Shown piece after piece: positions 27,025 through 39,955 of a DNA stretch of 64,000 nt (position 1 is its first letter; each line of letters opens with the position of its first letter). Origin of the DNA: Dipteris shenzhenensis (lineage: Eukaryota); assembly GCA_047967505.1 (NCBI GenBank), contig CM106538.1. One strand, written 5' to 3'. Below the pieces are notes generated by a model. It was given only the letters and a program-made list of their open reading frames with translations, had not been told where the DNA came from and ran no database searches. Position numbers and translations under genes: made by a program.

Positions 27025-28148
27025 CTCTATTCATTTCCGCTGCACTTCTCACATGGTATCAAAGCTACGGTTGGCTAGAGACCTGAGGAGCGGAGGAGTG
27101 TTGAGCCATCATACAGAGAGAGGTTTTAGGAAGTTGTTCGAAGGTGTCTTTGAGAAGGAGCGTGTGTGAGGAGTGGACTGTTCGGGTGACCAGCAAGGGG
27201 TGACTTTGAAGGGTGTTTTCAGATCAGAGAGGAGGTGTTCCCGAGGGATGGATAGCTAGGATTGAAGACACATTAGCCTGCCAGCCCCTTCATCCTCTTC
27301 TCCAGCCCTCTTTTTTAACCTTATGTTCCCCTCTATCCCATCCACCTTCTCTTCACTTTGACATGGCGACTTTGTCTGAGATGGCAAAGAACTAGACAAA
27401 AATCGTAGATTTGCCCACGTTCTTGATTGACCGTCAGTTGGATGGGCTCAATTACGTAGTCTAGTGGGTGATGCTAGAGTCTGTTCTACAATCGTATGAT
27501 TTGTCAGATTTCATATTGATAGGAGTTCCCAAACCCGATCCCCTTGCGTCCAATCTTGGCATCCTGGAGTAAAAGGAGGCGGAGTCCATGTCTCAGCTCT
27601 AGGACGCATGTGAATGCAAGGGTAAGGTCGTTGATTTTCCTTAACTGTACTCCTTAGGTGATTAATCCCGTGAAGCACATGATGGTGGCCAAGAGTATAT
27701 GGGAGCACTCGACGTCCCTGTATAATCGAACCTCTCCCATGAAGAGGTTTCTTTGGAAGTCCAAATGAGATGGTTGGATCCCAAGAAGTCTTCATCGGTG
27801 TAGGAGCGCATCAACAAGCTACAGGAACTTCAGCAGGAGATCCTCCAGGCAGGGAAACATATATCGTTCAAGGAGGTGGCCATAAATCTCGTCCCAGTTA
27901 TCCTCTCAGTATGGAGCCCTCTATTCGTCCTTGATTACAAGTGGAAGGATGAATGCATTGACCTGGGAGGAATTGGTCCCGATGGTGCTTGACAAGTAGG
28001 AGAGATTTGTAGATTGTACCTATGAGAGTTAGCCTGAGGCTTTGGTAGTTGAGCAGAAGGATAGAAGCACTTGACAACTGAAGAACTGGAAGCACTCAAG
28101 GCGTCACGTACATGTAATTGATGTGCCTGAAAGGTCATTATTGGCGTT
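26963..28148 (+). mobile_element. Family D fragment (D3): LTR end, PBS 27054-27065, decayed gag to the zinc knuckle
   Basis: Collinear with 45940-47016; TGGTATCAAAGC; QLDGLNYVV*W; TCN*C..KGHYWR. Confidence 0.85.
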
Positions 28149-28791
28149 CCGGTTTAGGGTTTTTGTCTATAGCGACCAGCGGCCCTATTTTCTGCGCCAT
28201 TTTGACCTCCACCTACTCCCTCCCGCCTACTCCTCCAACTAGCGGCTCTCCTACTACTCTTTCCCTCCCTCCTTCCATCCAACTCCTCCCTCCCTCCATC
28301 GTTATACCCCATCCTTCCATCTACTCCCTCTCCATCCAACAACTCCCTCCCTCCATCCATCTACTCTTGCTTCAGCCCCCTCCCTTCCCTCAAGCCTCAA
28401 GGCTCAAGCCCTCTCCCGAGTCCCGTTCCTCAGGCCTCAAGGCTCAGCCCTCTCCTCCTGCTTGCTTGCAAAAGGTAGAGCCAGGGCGGGTGTAGATAGG
28501 CTCAAACGAGTGTGAGTTTTATATTTATATATATTTTTTCTAGAGGATGCTTTTGAGAAAGCTCTCCACATTGACTCACACGGGTCAAGAGTAAAAGGGC
28601 ATGTCACACGTGCTTCATACTCACTCAAATAGTCCTTTTAGAAGGACCTTGAAAGCTATCCAATTTCTCTACATACACCCATCACTTTTTTTGAAATAAC
28701 TTAGTAAACTTTTGTTGTCTAGTATAAAATGTCAAACTCTATCTCTCATTTATGGAAGTTGTGTTGCATTTTACAATCTCCCACCCGATTC

Positions 28792-28833
<42 letters not shown>

Positions 28834-31199
28834 GTTGTATGGGATGCCAAGGGCAACCAGCGGCCTTTGCTAAATAGGTCCTCTGTGTTACTTGTTAAAA
28901 CTCTGTCTTTGGTCATGCACATCATGTTCCACCAATTTTCTAAATAGACAACAGATGGTAGCAAATAGCGTACAGAATTCAAGTGGCAGATGCACACTAG
29001 AATCAATGCAAATAGAGAGCAACAGATCACTGACACATGATAAAGCAATAGTGGAGAGAAGGATTACAAGTGATGTAAAAGATAGTAGCCAAGACAAGCT
29101 GCAACAAACTTGTGGAAGCTAAGCATGTGGACAGTGCATAGCAAACACATGGCAAGAACAAAAATGGATGGACAAATAAAGGGGAGGTAATAAGACCCTT
29201 CCTAAGTTTAAAATTCACACACAAAAAATGAATTGTGAAATACAAATCCTCCAAGGTAAGCCATGCAAGGAGCAAGTGTTCTGATTAATCAACATGGAAT
29301 CAAGGAGATCTCCATGCAATGAAGCTATGAAAGGACCAGGAAGCCCCACCCCTTGGAAAAATGGACCACATGCAAGCTGCCCCATGCATCATGAATCCAA
29401 ATATGCATTGGAGCCCTCAGATTACAAAGGGGTCATGTGAAGATGGAAATCGATGGTAGTTAGAACCCGACTCATGATTGAGGGGGGCTATTGAAGTGTG
29501 TGCAATCATGAGTGCATGGATGGTCCAAGTATTAATAGGGAGAGAGCTAACCGGGAACCTCACCTCTCAATGACATGTGGAAAATGGTACAATGGATTAA
29601 TCCCACTTACAAAAGAGGGCCTAAAGTTGAAGGCATATAGGTTAACAAAGAGCTAGATAGGAGAGTGTGGTTTGCATGCAAGGAGAGGTAGCCCTAGCGC
29701 TTGCATAACACGGGGTACCGGGATGGGAGTGGTCTTAAGTCTCCAGCTAAACGTAAGCGTGTAGAGGAGCAGCTTGGTAGAGGAAAGAGTACCCAAGTTG
29801 GAAGTGGAGATGCAGTGTCGAAGTCGGATAGGACGGAGAAATCAGAGCAAGGTGATGCCCCAGGCGCACAGTCCTCTGCAGAAATCTTGGCACACAAAAT
29901 GGTTCTCTCCACTGGAGGTGGAAGAGGCGTCCAGATTGCTACAGGCAGAGATTGAGCGTCGCACCAAAGACTCTGAAAGAAAAGGCTGGCTAGAAGCTGG
30001 CATGAGTGGAGGAAGTCATGCCAAAGACCTTGAAAGAAAAGGCTCGCTCGGTCACATGCGAAATACAACTGGAGGAAGTCATGCCGGAACTGGAACGGTT
30101 GGCACGGGGCGGGCTCTACCTCTTTTTCCGGTCGCATCCCATCATTGGATGAACTGCAGCAGTTTCTCACGTATTAGTGTGATCTATCACAAGATGCTTA
30201 CACTGCGGGGACGAGCATTTTCTGAGCGAAATCTTCCGAGCGTCCGAGCGAAGGAAAAAAAAAGCTTCCAACTATGCATAAATATGGCAAAAATCGATCA
30301 AAAGAAAACATAGTTTCACTTAGAAATATGCAAAGTATTATAGCAATGCCTATTTTATACAAAAATCTTTAGGTGAATCTATAGGAATGGTGAGAGCATA
30401 ATGGGATGGCTTTTGAAGAAACCCACATGTAGAGTAGACTTCTCTATGAAAATTCCCTAATGATCCTTCTTACAACTTTTACTTAATAGGGGGTGACATT
30501 GAAAACCCTCTCTCAACCTATCTTCATGAAAGAGTTTCTTCAAAGAAAACTCATTGAAGCAAGCCATTCAGGTAGTTTCGCTAGCGAAACCCCTTTGAAG
30601 CAAGTCTCCCAAGGTAGTTTCGCTGGCGAAACTACCTTGGACAGCACTTTTAAAAGTGACATAACTTTCATATCCAATGTCCAAATATAGTCATTCAACC
30701 ACTCAAATTGATCGGAACACCCCATTTGAGCACATCTATGAAGTTATATTTTGGAAAATCTTTCATATATAGTATTAAATATTACATGTATTTTATGAGA
30801 GTGATATATAAGCCCAAGTTAATACTTATTTATAGTAATTTAAATTTCTTTAAAAACATGTCCATAAATATGCTATAAACACACTAAAAAGATATTGCCA
30901 TATGATATAAATGTGTTAATAAGTAATTATATATGCATAGTATTATTACATTGAGAGTGATTATGAGGAATGTTTCTTAAAGGAATCAACACTTTTTAAA
31001 GGTAATAACAGGGGTACAAAGGGATGTCTCTAAATAAGAAAATTATGTTGTGTAAAAATGCATGAGTGACTAGTCTATATATTTTTATGATAAAGGGATC
31101 TAGTTCTAGTGAAAATAAAAGTGTAAAAACCATGTTTCCTAAAGAAAAACATTTTTAAAAATCTTTTGAAAAACACGCTCGGATAAACCTGCTCATAGG

Positions 31200-31875
31200 T
31201 TTTTGCTCGTAAAATTGACGCATCCTTACACTGCGACATTCCTGGAAAAGGGTTTTTCCTGTCAAATGTATCTCCGAGCCGGTCTGCAACGATATGCTGG
31301 GGAAGCCATTCATGTTTTGCTAGAGCGACAGTTCTGGCAATCCCGTGGAGTCCTTCCTTCTCCATCGAGGAGTTCCTATTTCATGACTACCCGGTCTAGG
31401 CGATGCAATCGAAAAGCTGGCAACTACGCTGGGTAGAGTTCTGCTTATTCCGCCTTCAGCTAGAGCTCCGTTTGGAAGGAAAGAGTATGGATCCTCTGGG
31501 ATAGGGCGCAGCCAACGCCAGACTTCATCGAAGCGCAGCTCCCGGGCAGCCTCATACTCCCCATCCAGGTTACGTTTGGGTTCTTTCCAGATGCGTGTTT
31601 TGTCTGTAGGAAAGTTGGCCACTTTGCTAGAGCGTGCCCCGATAGATCGGCGAACACAGCTCTGGCGCGAGGTGACAAGACGGATCAAGACCCTTCCACT
31701 AAGGACAAAGGCCAAGATGCTGCTAGCGATTCCAAGCCACTACAGGAGCCCCCAGCGCATCAGTCGATTGATCGAGAGGTCGATTCGGAGGATGTCACGG
31801 AGGTCGTCCCATCAGGTGACGGATGGAAGGTTGTCAATAAGAAAGGTAAGCCTGAGCTATGGCGGGCTGCTGTAG
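31200..31875 (+). pseudogene. L1-clade LINE ORF1 relic (DUF4283-like plus zf-CCHC_4)
   Basis: Manual translation across frameshifts: GKGFFL..KC, TVLAIPWSPSFSIEE...PV*, IEKLATTLGRVLL, RVWILWDRAQPTPDFIEAQLPG...CFVCRKVGHFARACP (31596-31640). Confidence 0.75.
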
Positions 31876-32171
31876 TGAGCGGAAATTAACATAGGATGAG
31901 CAGCTTCTTCAATGTAGCATTAGCTTCTTCAACGTAGTACAAATCTGAGCACCCCTTCCCCTTGCTTCAATTTCCTCAGCTTCTCCCTTCAGCATGTCTG
32001 ATTATACCACCCATTTTGGTGTCTATTCTGTCTCCCTAGGTGACCACGGCTATGACAACCACCACAGGGGCGATTAGTCACCCCATCAAGTTGCTGTTTA
32101 AAAGGAAGGCTTCATCATAGAGAGGTGGAAAGGGAATTAGCTTCTATTTAAAATTTTGTGAAGAACAGGCA

Positions 32172-32835
32172 ATGGAAGCCCCAGATTTGAGCGGTTGCCA
32201 GGAGTTGCAGGTGGTGAGAGTTGAGGAAGACAGGGTGTTTAAGGGAATTCCCAAGTTGGGAAACAGGAGTATGCTAAGAAAACTAACACTCTCCTTTTAG
32301 GGTTGCACAGGGTTGAGTTGGTGCCCCCCGACTTAAGCGGCCTAGTAAACCTTAGATATTTGTCTCTAAAGCATTGTCCGAGTTTGGTGCACTTGAGTGG
32401 CATCTAGGAGGGGCATTGTTGAGCCTTAACTTATACAATTGCATGCACTTCACAAGTTTCAATGAAATCCCCACCTTGAGGGCATTGGAGAGGCTTACCA
32501 TAAGCCAATGCCAGCACTTGACAAGTTTGAATGGCATCGACAATCTTACCACCCTCATAGAGATAAGAATCGAGATATGTCACGCCTTGGAAGAGGTGCC
32601 ATTGTTGTCCAAATTAAGCCAATTGGAGGATTTGCGCATGTGGGGGCTCACAAGCTTGCGGCGTTGTCCTCTAGACCCCGATCAAGAGTTGCCCATCTGT
32701 CTCAAGATTCTGGAGATAAACGCGTGTTGGTTTCTAAGCAGGGATGAGGGCCTACTATCGAGATGGTTCAACAAGCAAGATCTCCCTACTTTCCTTCATG
32801 GTGTCTTCACAATAGCCTTTGCGAAATGTTTTTAG
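32172..32835 (+). pseudogene. NLR-type leucine-rich-repeat gene fragment
   Basis: PDLSGCQEL, PDLSGLVNLRYLSLKHCPSL, LRALERLTISQCQHLTSL, LSKLSQLEDLRMWGLTSL: LxxLxLxxCxxL repeats with stops and frameshifts. Confidence 0.8.
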
Positions 32836-35800
32836 GTAATAATATGCCCCTTCACTTCTGTCTCCCCCCCCCTCCCCCCCTCCCAAACCAAAAAATATAA
32901 ACTATAAAAAAAGGTAAAAGAGCCAAATATTTTTCTCTTTCACATATCAATAAGGATTTAAAAATGATATTGAGCGTCAAGTGTGGTATGGCTTCCCAAA
33001 CAAAAAAAGACTTTACTAATTTTAGTCCCCATCCAAATACCTTTTATCTTTTACATATAAACAAGGATTAAAAATTGACCTTGGGCATAAGGTGTGGTAT
33101 GGTTCCCAAAAAAAACAATGGGTCTTCACAAATTTTAGTCTCAATTCATAATACCTTCAAATTTCTTGGAAGGAGAATCCAAATGTATATAGTTTGACAA
33201 ATTTGGATTTAATTTGCAAAAATTTTACCAAAGGTTTCATTTGTGGGGGTTAAAGGTCACTGCGCCTTTACCTCGGTTATGTACAATACTCAAACACATA
33301 TAAATGAATGAAAAAGAAGATTAGGGTGGTTCTGCACGCACCAAAACTTGTGTGACTCTCTGTCTCTCTGTCTCTCTCTCTCTTCCGTTCTTACTTCCGT
33401 TGAGAGCACTCTCAACTCGTATTAGAGCCCGGGTGATCTAGCTGAGCATGCGTGAATGCTTGAAGCTCAACAATTCTGTGGGAGGAAGGAGAAGCTTTGT
33501 GGGAAGCTTTATGGGTGACTTTACTTGCATCCGAGTGTGTAGAGACCTTGGAGGAACCTTTGGAAAAGTCAATTTGGTTTTGCGAAGTGGTTTTGAGAGC
33601 TTGTTAAGTGTTTTCAAAGAAAAAGTCATTTTTTGAGCTTTTCCCTGTTCTGTTCGATGACAGAGACTCCGTATTGACTTGTAGAGGCAACTATTGCTTG
33701 CTTTTGATATCCACTTCACTTCAAGAGCTTGGAAACACCTTCATTCTTGAATCTGGGATCATATTATTGAATTTATGACTCACTGTGTCAGTTTCTGCGT
33801 TTTTCAGCCTGGGTATTGGAACTCAAGTTTGGAGCAACCATTTGCAGATTTGTCAGTTCCGGTGGACTTAGGAGATCCTAAAACTTCTATGTTGCTCATC
33901 ATTTGCACTCCGGTGGAGTTTACAAATAGCTCTGTTTTCAAAAACGTTTTTCAATCCGTGTGTTGGATCCAGTGATTGAGACCACGGTTTTCAAAACCGT
34001 CTGTCCCATTGCGTTCCGGACGTCCAAAAACCCCTGCTTGTCAGTTCTTACGTGATTCGGTGGAGGATTTTCAGAGTTATAGATCTCTGTGTATTCGACT
34101 TCGTCTCTGTTATGCATTTTTCATTCTAAGGTTTTGAAACCTTAGATTTATGCCACATGGTAGTGGATAAGTGTTGACTCCCATTTCTTACTTATCGGTT
34201 GGGATTTTGAAGTTCCGACAGAAGAGAGATATTTGCAGATTTTCTTGCTGAGTCCGATTATGCAATGGCGCCCATGTTTTGAGGCATCTCAGGTTCTATT
34301 TTTAGTAGCGGTCTTTTCCGTGGGACCATATGCTCTCTTGGATGAGATATTATTAATGCATATGCTAGTGGACGGTATTTATGCTTGGTCATTTGGCACT
34401 TATTGGCATTTTGGATTGCCATTGCAGTTGGTATTTTCTTTTGGGCCAGATTTGCTCATATGGATGCATAGTATATGCACATGAGTCAGATGCTTTGAGC
34501 TTTAAGTTTTGGTGATATTTCAGTCTATTGTGGCATACACATTTGGGTGCACTTGGTATTTGGTGTGATTCTCTCTTACAAGCACTAGCAATTGGGATTT
34601 TGCTTTATTTGCATCATGGCATCCTTTTCCATGTCTAAAAAGGAGTTTTTCAACATTAAAAAGTTTGATGGGACAAACTTTTCTTTGTGGAAAGAACAGA
34701 TAAGGGATGTGCTTATTCAAAAGAAGCAAATTAAACCCTTGGCAGGGATTGAAGCTAAGCTTGCAAATATGTCTGAGGATGATTGGAATGAGTTGGATGC
34801 ATTAGCAAAATCTACTATTAGACTTCATCTTGCAGAGTCAGTTTATTTAAAAGTAGTAAATGAGCAAACTACGGAAAATTTGTGGAAGAAACTGTGTGCC
34901 ACTTATGAAAAGAAAACTGCCTCTAATAAAGTTTACCTCATGAAGAGATTGTTTGAGCTGCAGATGAAGGAAGGGGTCTCCATTGCTTCTCACTTGAATG
35001 AATTCAATATTATTTTCAGCCGGCTTCAGGCTCAGAAGATGAATTTTGATGCGGAGACTAAGGCAATATTTCTCTTATTTCATTGCCATCCTCATGGGAT
35101 ACCTTTCGTACAGCTGTCGGTAACTCTGCACCTGGTGGAGTACTGAAATTTGATGATGTTGTGGGTAGCTTGTTGGCCGAGGAGATTAGACGAAAGTCTA
35201 TGGATGGCAACAAGCAGGATGCAGCCTTAAATGTGCAAAGGGACAGATGACAGTTCAAGGGGAAGTCCCAAGAAAGAGAGAAGTCTCGTAGCAAATCCAT
35301 GGCACGGAACATTGAGTGTTACCACTGTGGTAAGAAGGGCCATATGAAAAAGGATTGCTACAAGCTCAAAAGAGAGCAAAAGGATAAGAAAAAGAATGTA
35401 AATTGGGGTGCAAATCAAAAGGAAGAGAGTCCAAGGGAGGACAAAGAAAAAGTGAAGATCGAGGAGATCAATGCAGTCACACATGATAGTGACAATGACG
35501 TTCTCTTCATGTCTAGTTTATCTGCAGAGTTGCTTACCACTTCAAATGATGCATATTCCCAGGATTGGATTTTGGATTCTGGTGCTTATTCCATGTTACT
35601 CCTGTTAGAAAATACCCAACAGCGGGTACACGTAGCGGAAGATTTATAGTAATGCCCAGGAGCTCACACAGTGTGCGGTGTGGGTGTGGAATCACAGACT
35701 TCTTTACTTATGTGCATACAATAGGTGTGCAGACTCATCAATAGACAATGAACCAAACCAGATAGAGAAACCACCAAATAATATATTTCCGTCCACAGCT

Positions 35801-36470
35801 ATGGACACAATACAAAAGGGACAGATCCAGAGTCCCATGTGGTCCTCTGATCTTACCACAAAAGTCCTTCTCCTATCTGCTGGCTATCTCTAGACTAGAG
35901 TCCGCGTGCTCCACCTCGAGCGTGAGTAGACTTTTCGTCTAAAATGATCTTCTCCACCTTGCTGTCTGGAAACCAGTCTAGGTGGGCAGCTTCCTGTTAG
36001 CTAAGTCTGCATAGCTAAGTCTGCAGCACAAGGTACTACTTTCTCCTCCTGACTGTAGGCCCAAAGATAGCCCTGTTGCTGCTCCTTCTGCTGGTGGAAT
36101 TGCTGCTCCAGATGATGCAGAAATGAGGCCTGAATGGCCTCCTTATATAGCCCTCAAGGGCCTGGCCAGCCAACCGACTCAGTCTGTACAAAAACCGACT
36201 GAGTCTGTACAAAAAACCGACCCAGTCTACTTGGGAAAAACTGCCCTTAAAGGGCTCACAATTCAGGCCTTTTATGGCCCAAACTTCCAGGGTTTTTGGC
36301 CCTCCATTCAAGGCAAATATGCAGCCTATAAAAGGCCTGCCACCTCCCCACTGCCAGTCACATTCCTTGCTGCAGATCTGAGCCTGCACTCCCTGCCATG
36401 TCTGCGCCTCTGCAAACAGTGCGCCTCCATGTCCTAGATCCTGCGCAATCTGTCCCAGACTGTCTTGCTT

Positions 36471-37499
36471 CTACTCCGTACTTTCCTGGCCTTGTGTCCT
36501 GCCCTTAACAGTCCTAGATGTGCTGCCCACATACCAGCCATGATGCTGTCTATGTGGCAGCCCCTTTCTCTCTTTTCCTGTTGGGCACTGCCCTAGGTCT
36601 CCCTCCCCCATGCTCTCCTCATATGGGGGCTTACAGATGGGGAGGTGACCTTTCCAACACTCCCTCTCACCGACACATCTCAGCCCAATGCCAACACGTC
36701 GATGAAGATGCTCCAGTAACTCCCTGGTCGTAGTCCTCTGGAACCTTTCGGTGTCGAAATCTTTTCCTGGCTTTTCATCCAGTGGCTCTTGCTCCACCAG
36801 GTCCGGTTCCGCTTCCGCACACCATCCTGGTACACAGGTCCATCTCTGGTAGCACCTCCTGGTAGCACCTCCTTCAGTCACATTCCCGCCTCTGAACTTG
36901 AGCAACCCAGCCGTCACGATCTTCCAGTCGTCCCCCTCATAATGAGTGAACAACCTGGAGTCTTCCAGGCACCATGCTCTGAGGGTCTGTTTCAACCCGT
37001 CCTTCCTTTGGCAAGGTCTGCAACCAATGAATTTATCCAGATAACCTGGACCATGAAGTCTCGCTGAGTTCTCAAGCAGGTACTCTTCTGGCTTCAGTAC
37101 TCGTTGTCCACCACCTTCTAGCAATCTGCGTCCGAGATTTGAAGAAGCACCAAAACTTCCCCTTCTGCCTTCGAAGAAGGCCAATTCCTTCCAATCTCTT
37201 ATCACCTGAGACAAATGAAGAGCAGAATCTCTCCACAGCATGCTATAAAGGCTCAAATGCAGAATATCAAATACATACCAGACTGTTGTACTGCCTGAAT
37301 GTTCGCTCTGAAAGCAAACCCTGTACCTCAATGAGGCACCTGCCAAGATCCTGTGTAATCCTGTACGATCCCCTTCTGAAGTCCAGCATCCATCTGACCA
37401 TGAGACCCGAGGGCTTTCCATGGAATCCACCCTCGTGTCAGTGTCAACAGCTACACACCTGGAAGGTTCCAAGTACTCCATACTGTCCTTCACCTTCAC
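36471..37499 (-). CDS. 342-codon ORF2 of E, collapsed non-catalytic pol remnant, running into the LTR
   Basis: Open frame overlapping the gag stop (GTGA); contains LHGPGY...CRPCQRKDGLKQTLRAW (RT-like) and RELLEHLHRRVGI (RH-end-like). Confidence 0.55.
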   Translation of the reverse strand: MKVKDSMEYLEPSRCVAVDTDTRVDSMESPRVSWSDGCWTSEGDRTGLHRILAGASLRYRVCFQSEHSGSTTVWYVFDILHLSLYSMLWRDSALHLSQVIRDWKELAFFEGRRGSFGASSNLGRRLLEGGGQRVLKPEEYLLENSARLHGPGYLDKFIGCRPCQRKDGLKQTLRAWCLEDSRLFTHYEGDDWKIVTAGLLKFRGGNVTEGGATRRCYQRWTCVPGWCAEAEPDLVEQEPLDEKPGKDFDTERFQRTTTRELLEHLHRRVGIGLRCVGERECWKGHLPICKPPYEESMGEGDLGQCPTGKERKGLPHRQHHGWYVGSTSRTVKGRTQGQESTE

Positions 37500-38563
37500 A
37501 AAGGCATCTGACTCCTCGTCGACCCAACTCTTATGTCAGACATCCTTACTGTGATTTCGGGATCAACATACCTGATCTCGGTAACACTCGGTGATGTCAC
37601 CAAGAACAATTCTTCGATTACCACATCAGCTTTGGCCTTTCCCTCTGAATCTGGGTCAGACTCCTGTTTGTTTTTCAGATCCGCCTTTTTCTTCCTGCAG
37701 TCCTTTGCAAAATGTCCAGGCGTATCACAATAGAAACTCTTCTTCTTGTGCTTCCTCTTCGAAGTCCCCTCGTCATCAGAGTCATCTTTATTGGACTTGC
37801 CATTGTTAGGCTTGCCCTTTCCCTTACCTGCGGAATCCTTCACCAGCATCGCCTTGTCATCTTTGTCCCCGTTGTAGAGCTTCTCTCGAGCTTCCTCCTG
37901 TAGCAGTAAGGGACACAACTCCTCAAATGTCAGAGGTTTGGTCCTCTGTCCTGCTGTCACAGCTGTAACAAAGCTCTTGAAACTCCGAGGCAATCTCCTC
38001 AGTACCATCAAGGCCAGATGGCATGAGTCTGTCTTCTGACCAATCACTGCTAACTGATCCCGCACCACCTTGACCTTCGTCAGATGATCATGCACCGTAT
38101 CGCCTTCTTCCATATCAAGATTGTAGAGTTGATGCTGAAGAAGCACGATTCGGGAGGTATTATCTGTTTCGTACAGATCCTTCAGGGTGGCCCACGCCTC
38201 TACTGACATCTCGGCCAACTGGATATGTGGAAGAACAGAGTCTGCCGTAGTCCCTATGATTATTGCCAGGGCATGGGCATCTCTTTCTTCCCAAGCTTCA
38301 AGCTCCTCTCTGTCTACTGCCATGAGTACCTTCCCTTTACTGTCCACCATGTCTGCCGGCTTCGACTCCTCTCCCGTGGTCAGCTTCCACAACTTCCGAG
38401 CCACTAAATGACTCCGGATCTTCACTTTCCAGATCGGGTAATTAGTCCCGTCCAGGTTCCCAGACTCTCCAAAGTTAGGGATAGTGAAAGAGAGAAGACT
38501 GGAGGAGGAGGAAGGGATAGCAGGGGCTGAAGAGGCTGTCGACATCTCTGCTGTATATACCAC
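37496..38563 (-). CDS. gag: copia-type Gag (355 aa, open)
   Basis: LDGTNYPIWKVKI, AWATLKDLYE, SFYCDTPGHFAKDC (knuckle with first Cys lost), then a degenerate protease-like YVDPEITVRMSD. Confidence 0.9.
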   Translation of the reverse strand: MVYTAEMSTASSAPAIPSSSSSLLSFTIPNFGESGNLDGTNYPIWKVKIRSHLVARKLWKLTTGEESKPADMVDSKGKVLMAVDREELEAWEERDAHALAIIIGTTADSVLPHIQLAEMSVEAWATLKDLYETDNTSRIVLLQHQLYNLDMEEGDTVHDHLTKVKVVRDQLAVIGQKTDSCHLALMVLRRLPRSFKSFVTAVTAGQRTKPLTFEELCPLLLQEEAREKLYNGDKDDKAMLVKDSAGKGKGKPNNGKSNKDDSDDEGTSKRKHKKKSFYCDTPGHFAKDCRKKKADLKNKQESDPDSEGKAKADVVIEELFLVTSPSVTEIRYVDPEITVRMSDIRVGSTRSQMPL

Positions 38564-39955
38564 ACAGCAAAGTCAACCAAACTCAAATGCAGTAAACTAG
38601 AACTCTGAACGCACCTGATTGAACCTGAGTCACCCTCCTTCTAGCAAGGGCACAATCCTCTAGTCGTGGAAGTCGATTCCCAAGAGCTTCTGAATCAGGG
38701 TCGTCCTTCAGCAAGGTCCCTGCCTTCAGGCTCCCACACCTGTGAGCCTCCTACTTGGGCTCTGATACCATGTTAGAAAATACCCAACAGAGGGTACACG
38801 TAGCGGAAGACTTATAGTAATGCCCAGGAGCTCACACAGTGTGCGGTGTGGGTGTGGAATCACAGACTTCTTTACTTATGTGCATACAATAGGTGTGCAG
38901 ACTCATCAATAGACAATGAACCAAACCAGATAGAGAAACCACCAAATTATATATTTCCGTCCACAGCTATGGACACAATACAAAAGGGACAGATCCAGAG
39001 TCCCACCAATGGTGTGGTCCTCTGATCTTACCACAAAAGTCCTTCTCCTATCTGCTGGCTATCTCTAGACTAGAGTCCGCGTGCTCCACCTCGAGCGTCA
39101 GTAGACTTTCCGTCTAGAATGATCTTCTCCACCTTGCTGTCTGGAAACCAGTCTAGGTGGGCAGCTTCCTGTTAGCTAAGTCTGCAGCACAAGGTACTAC
39201 TTTCTCCTCCTGACTGTAGGCCCAAAGATAGCCCTGCTGCTGCTCCTTCTGCTGGTGGAATTGCTGCTCCAGATGATGCAGAAATGAGGCCTGAATGGCC
39301 TCCTTATATAGCCCTCAAGGGCTTGGCCAGCCAACCGACTCAGTCTGTACAAAAACCGACTGAGTCTCTACAAAAAACCGACCCAGTCTGCTTGGGAAAA
39401 ACTGCCCTTAAAGGGCTCACAATTCAGGCCTTTTATGGCCCAAACTTCCAGGGTTTTTGGCCCTCCATTCAAGGCAAATATGCAGCCTATAAAAGGCCTG
39501 CCACCTCCCCACTGCCAGTCACATTCCTTGCTGCAGATCTGAGCCTGCACTCCCTGCCATGTCTGCGCCTCTGCAAACAGTGCGCCTCCATGTCCTAGAT
39601 CCTGCGCAATCTGTCCCAGACTGTCTTGCTTCTGCTCCGTACTTTCCTGGCCCTGTGTCCTGCCCTTAACAGTCCTAGATGTGCTGCCCACATACCAGCC
39701 ATGATGCTGTCTATGTGGCAGCCCCTTTCTCTCTTTTCCTGTTGGGCACTGCCCTAGGTCTCCCTCCCCCATGCTCTCCTCATATGGGGGCTTACAGATG
39801 GGGAGGTGACCTTTCCAACAACTCCCCATAGGGAATGGTTCTCCACTTATGACAATGGAAAGATAGGTTGTGTGCATCTTGGAAATGACTATGCATGTGA
39901 CATAGTGGGAGTAGGTGACAAAGTTTTCTTTTGCAAATGGGTCTGCATTTATTTT

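Larger units (their letters stand above)
35603..39820 (-). mobile_element. Young non-autonomous copia-derived LTR element (E; TR-GAG-like) inserted in the protease of F
   Basis: LTRs 35603-36659 and 38771-39820, TSD ACTCC (35598-35602 / 39821-39825), PBS 38758-38770, PPT 36660-36669; internal region only ~2.1 kb. Confidence 0.96.

Noticed and set aside
28152-28162. Telomeric repeat (also GGGTTAG at 1-7)
   Set aside because: Single units only.
32930-33150. ~110-bp degenerate tandem pair
   Set aside because: Real but AT-rich, only two copies, and no further structure.
36471-37499. env-like gene in element E
   Set aside because: No convincing signal peptide or transmembrane segment; the motifs trace to pol fragments.
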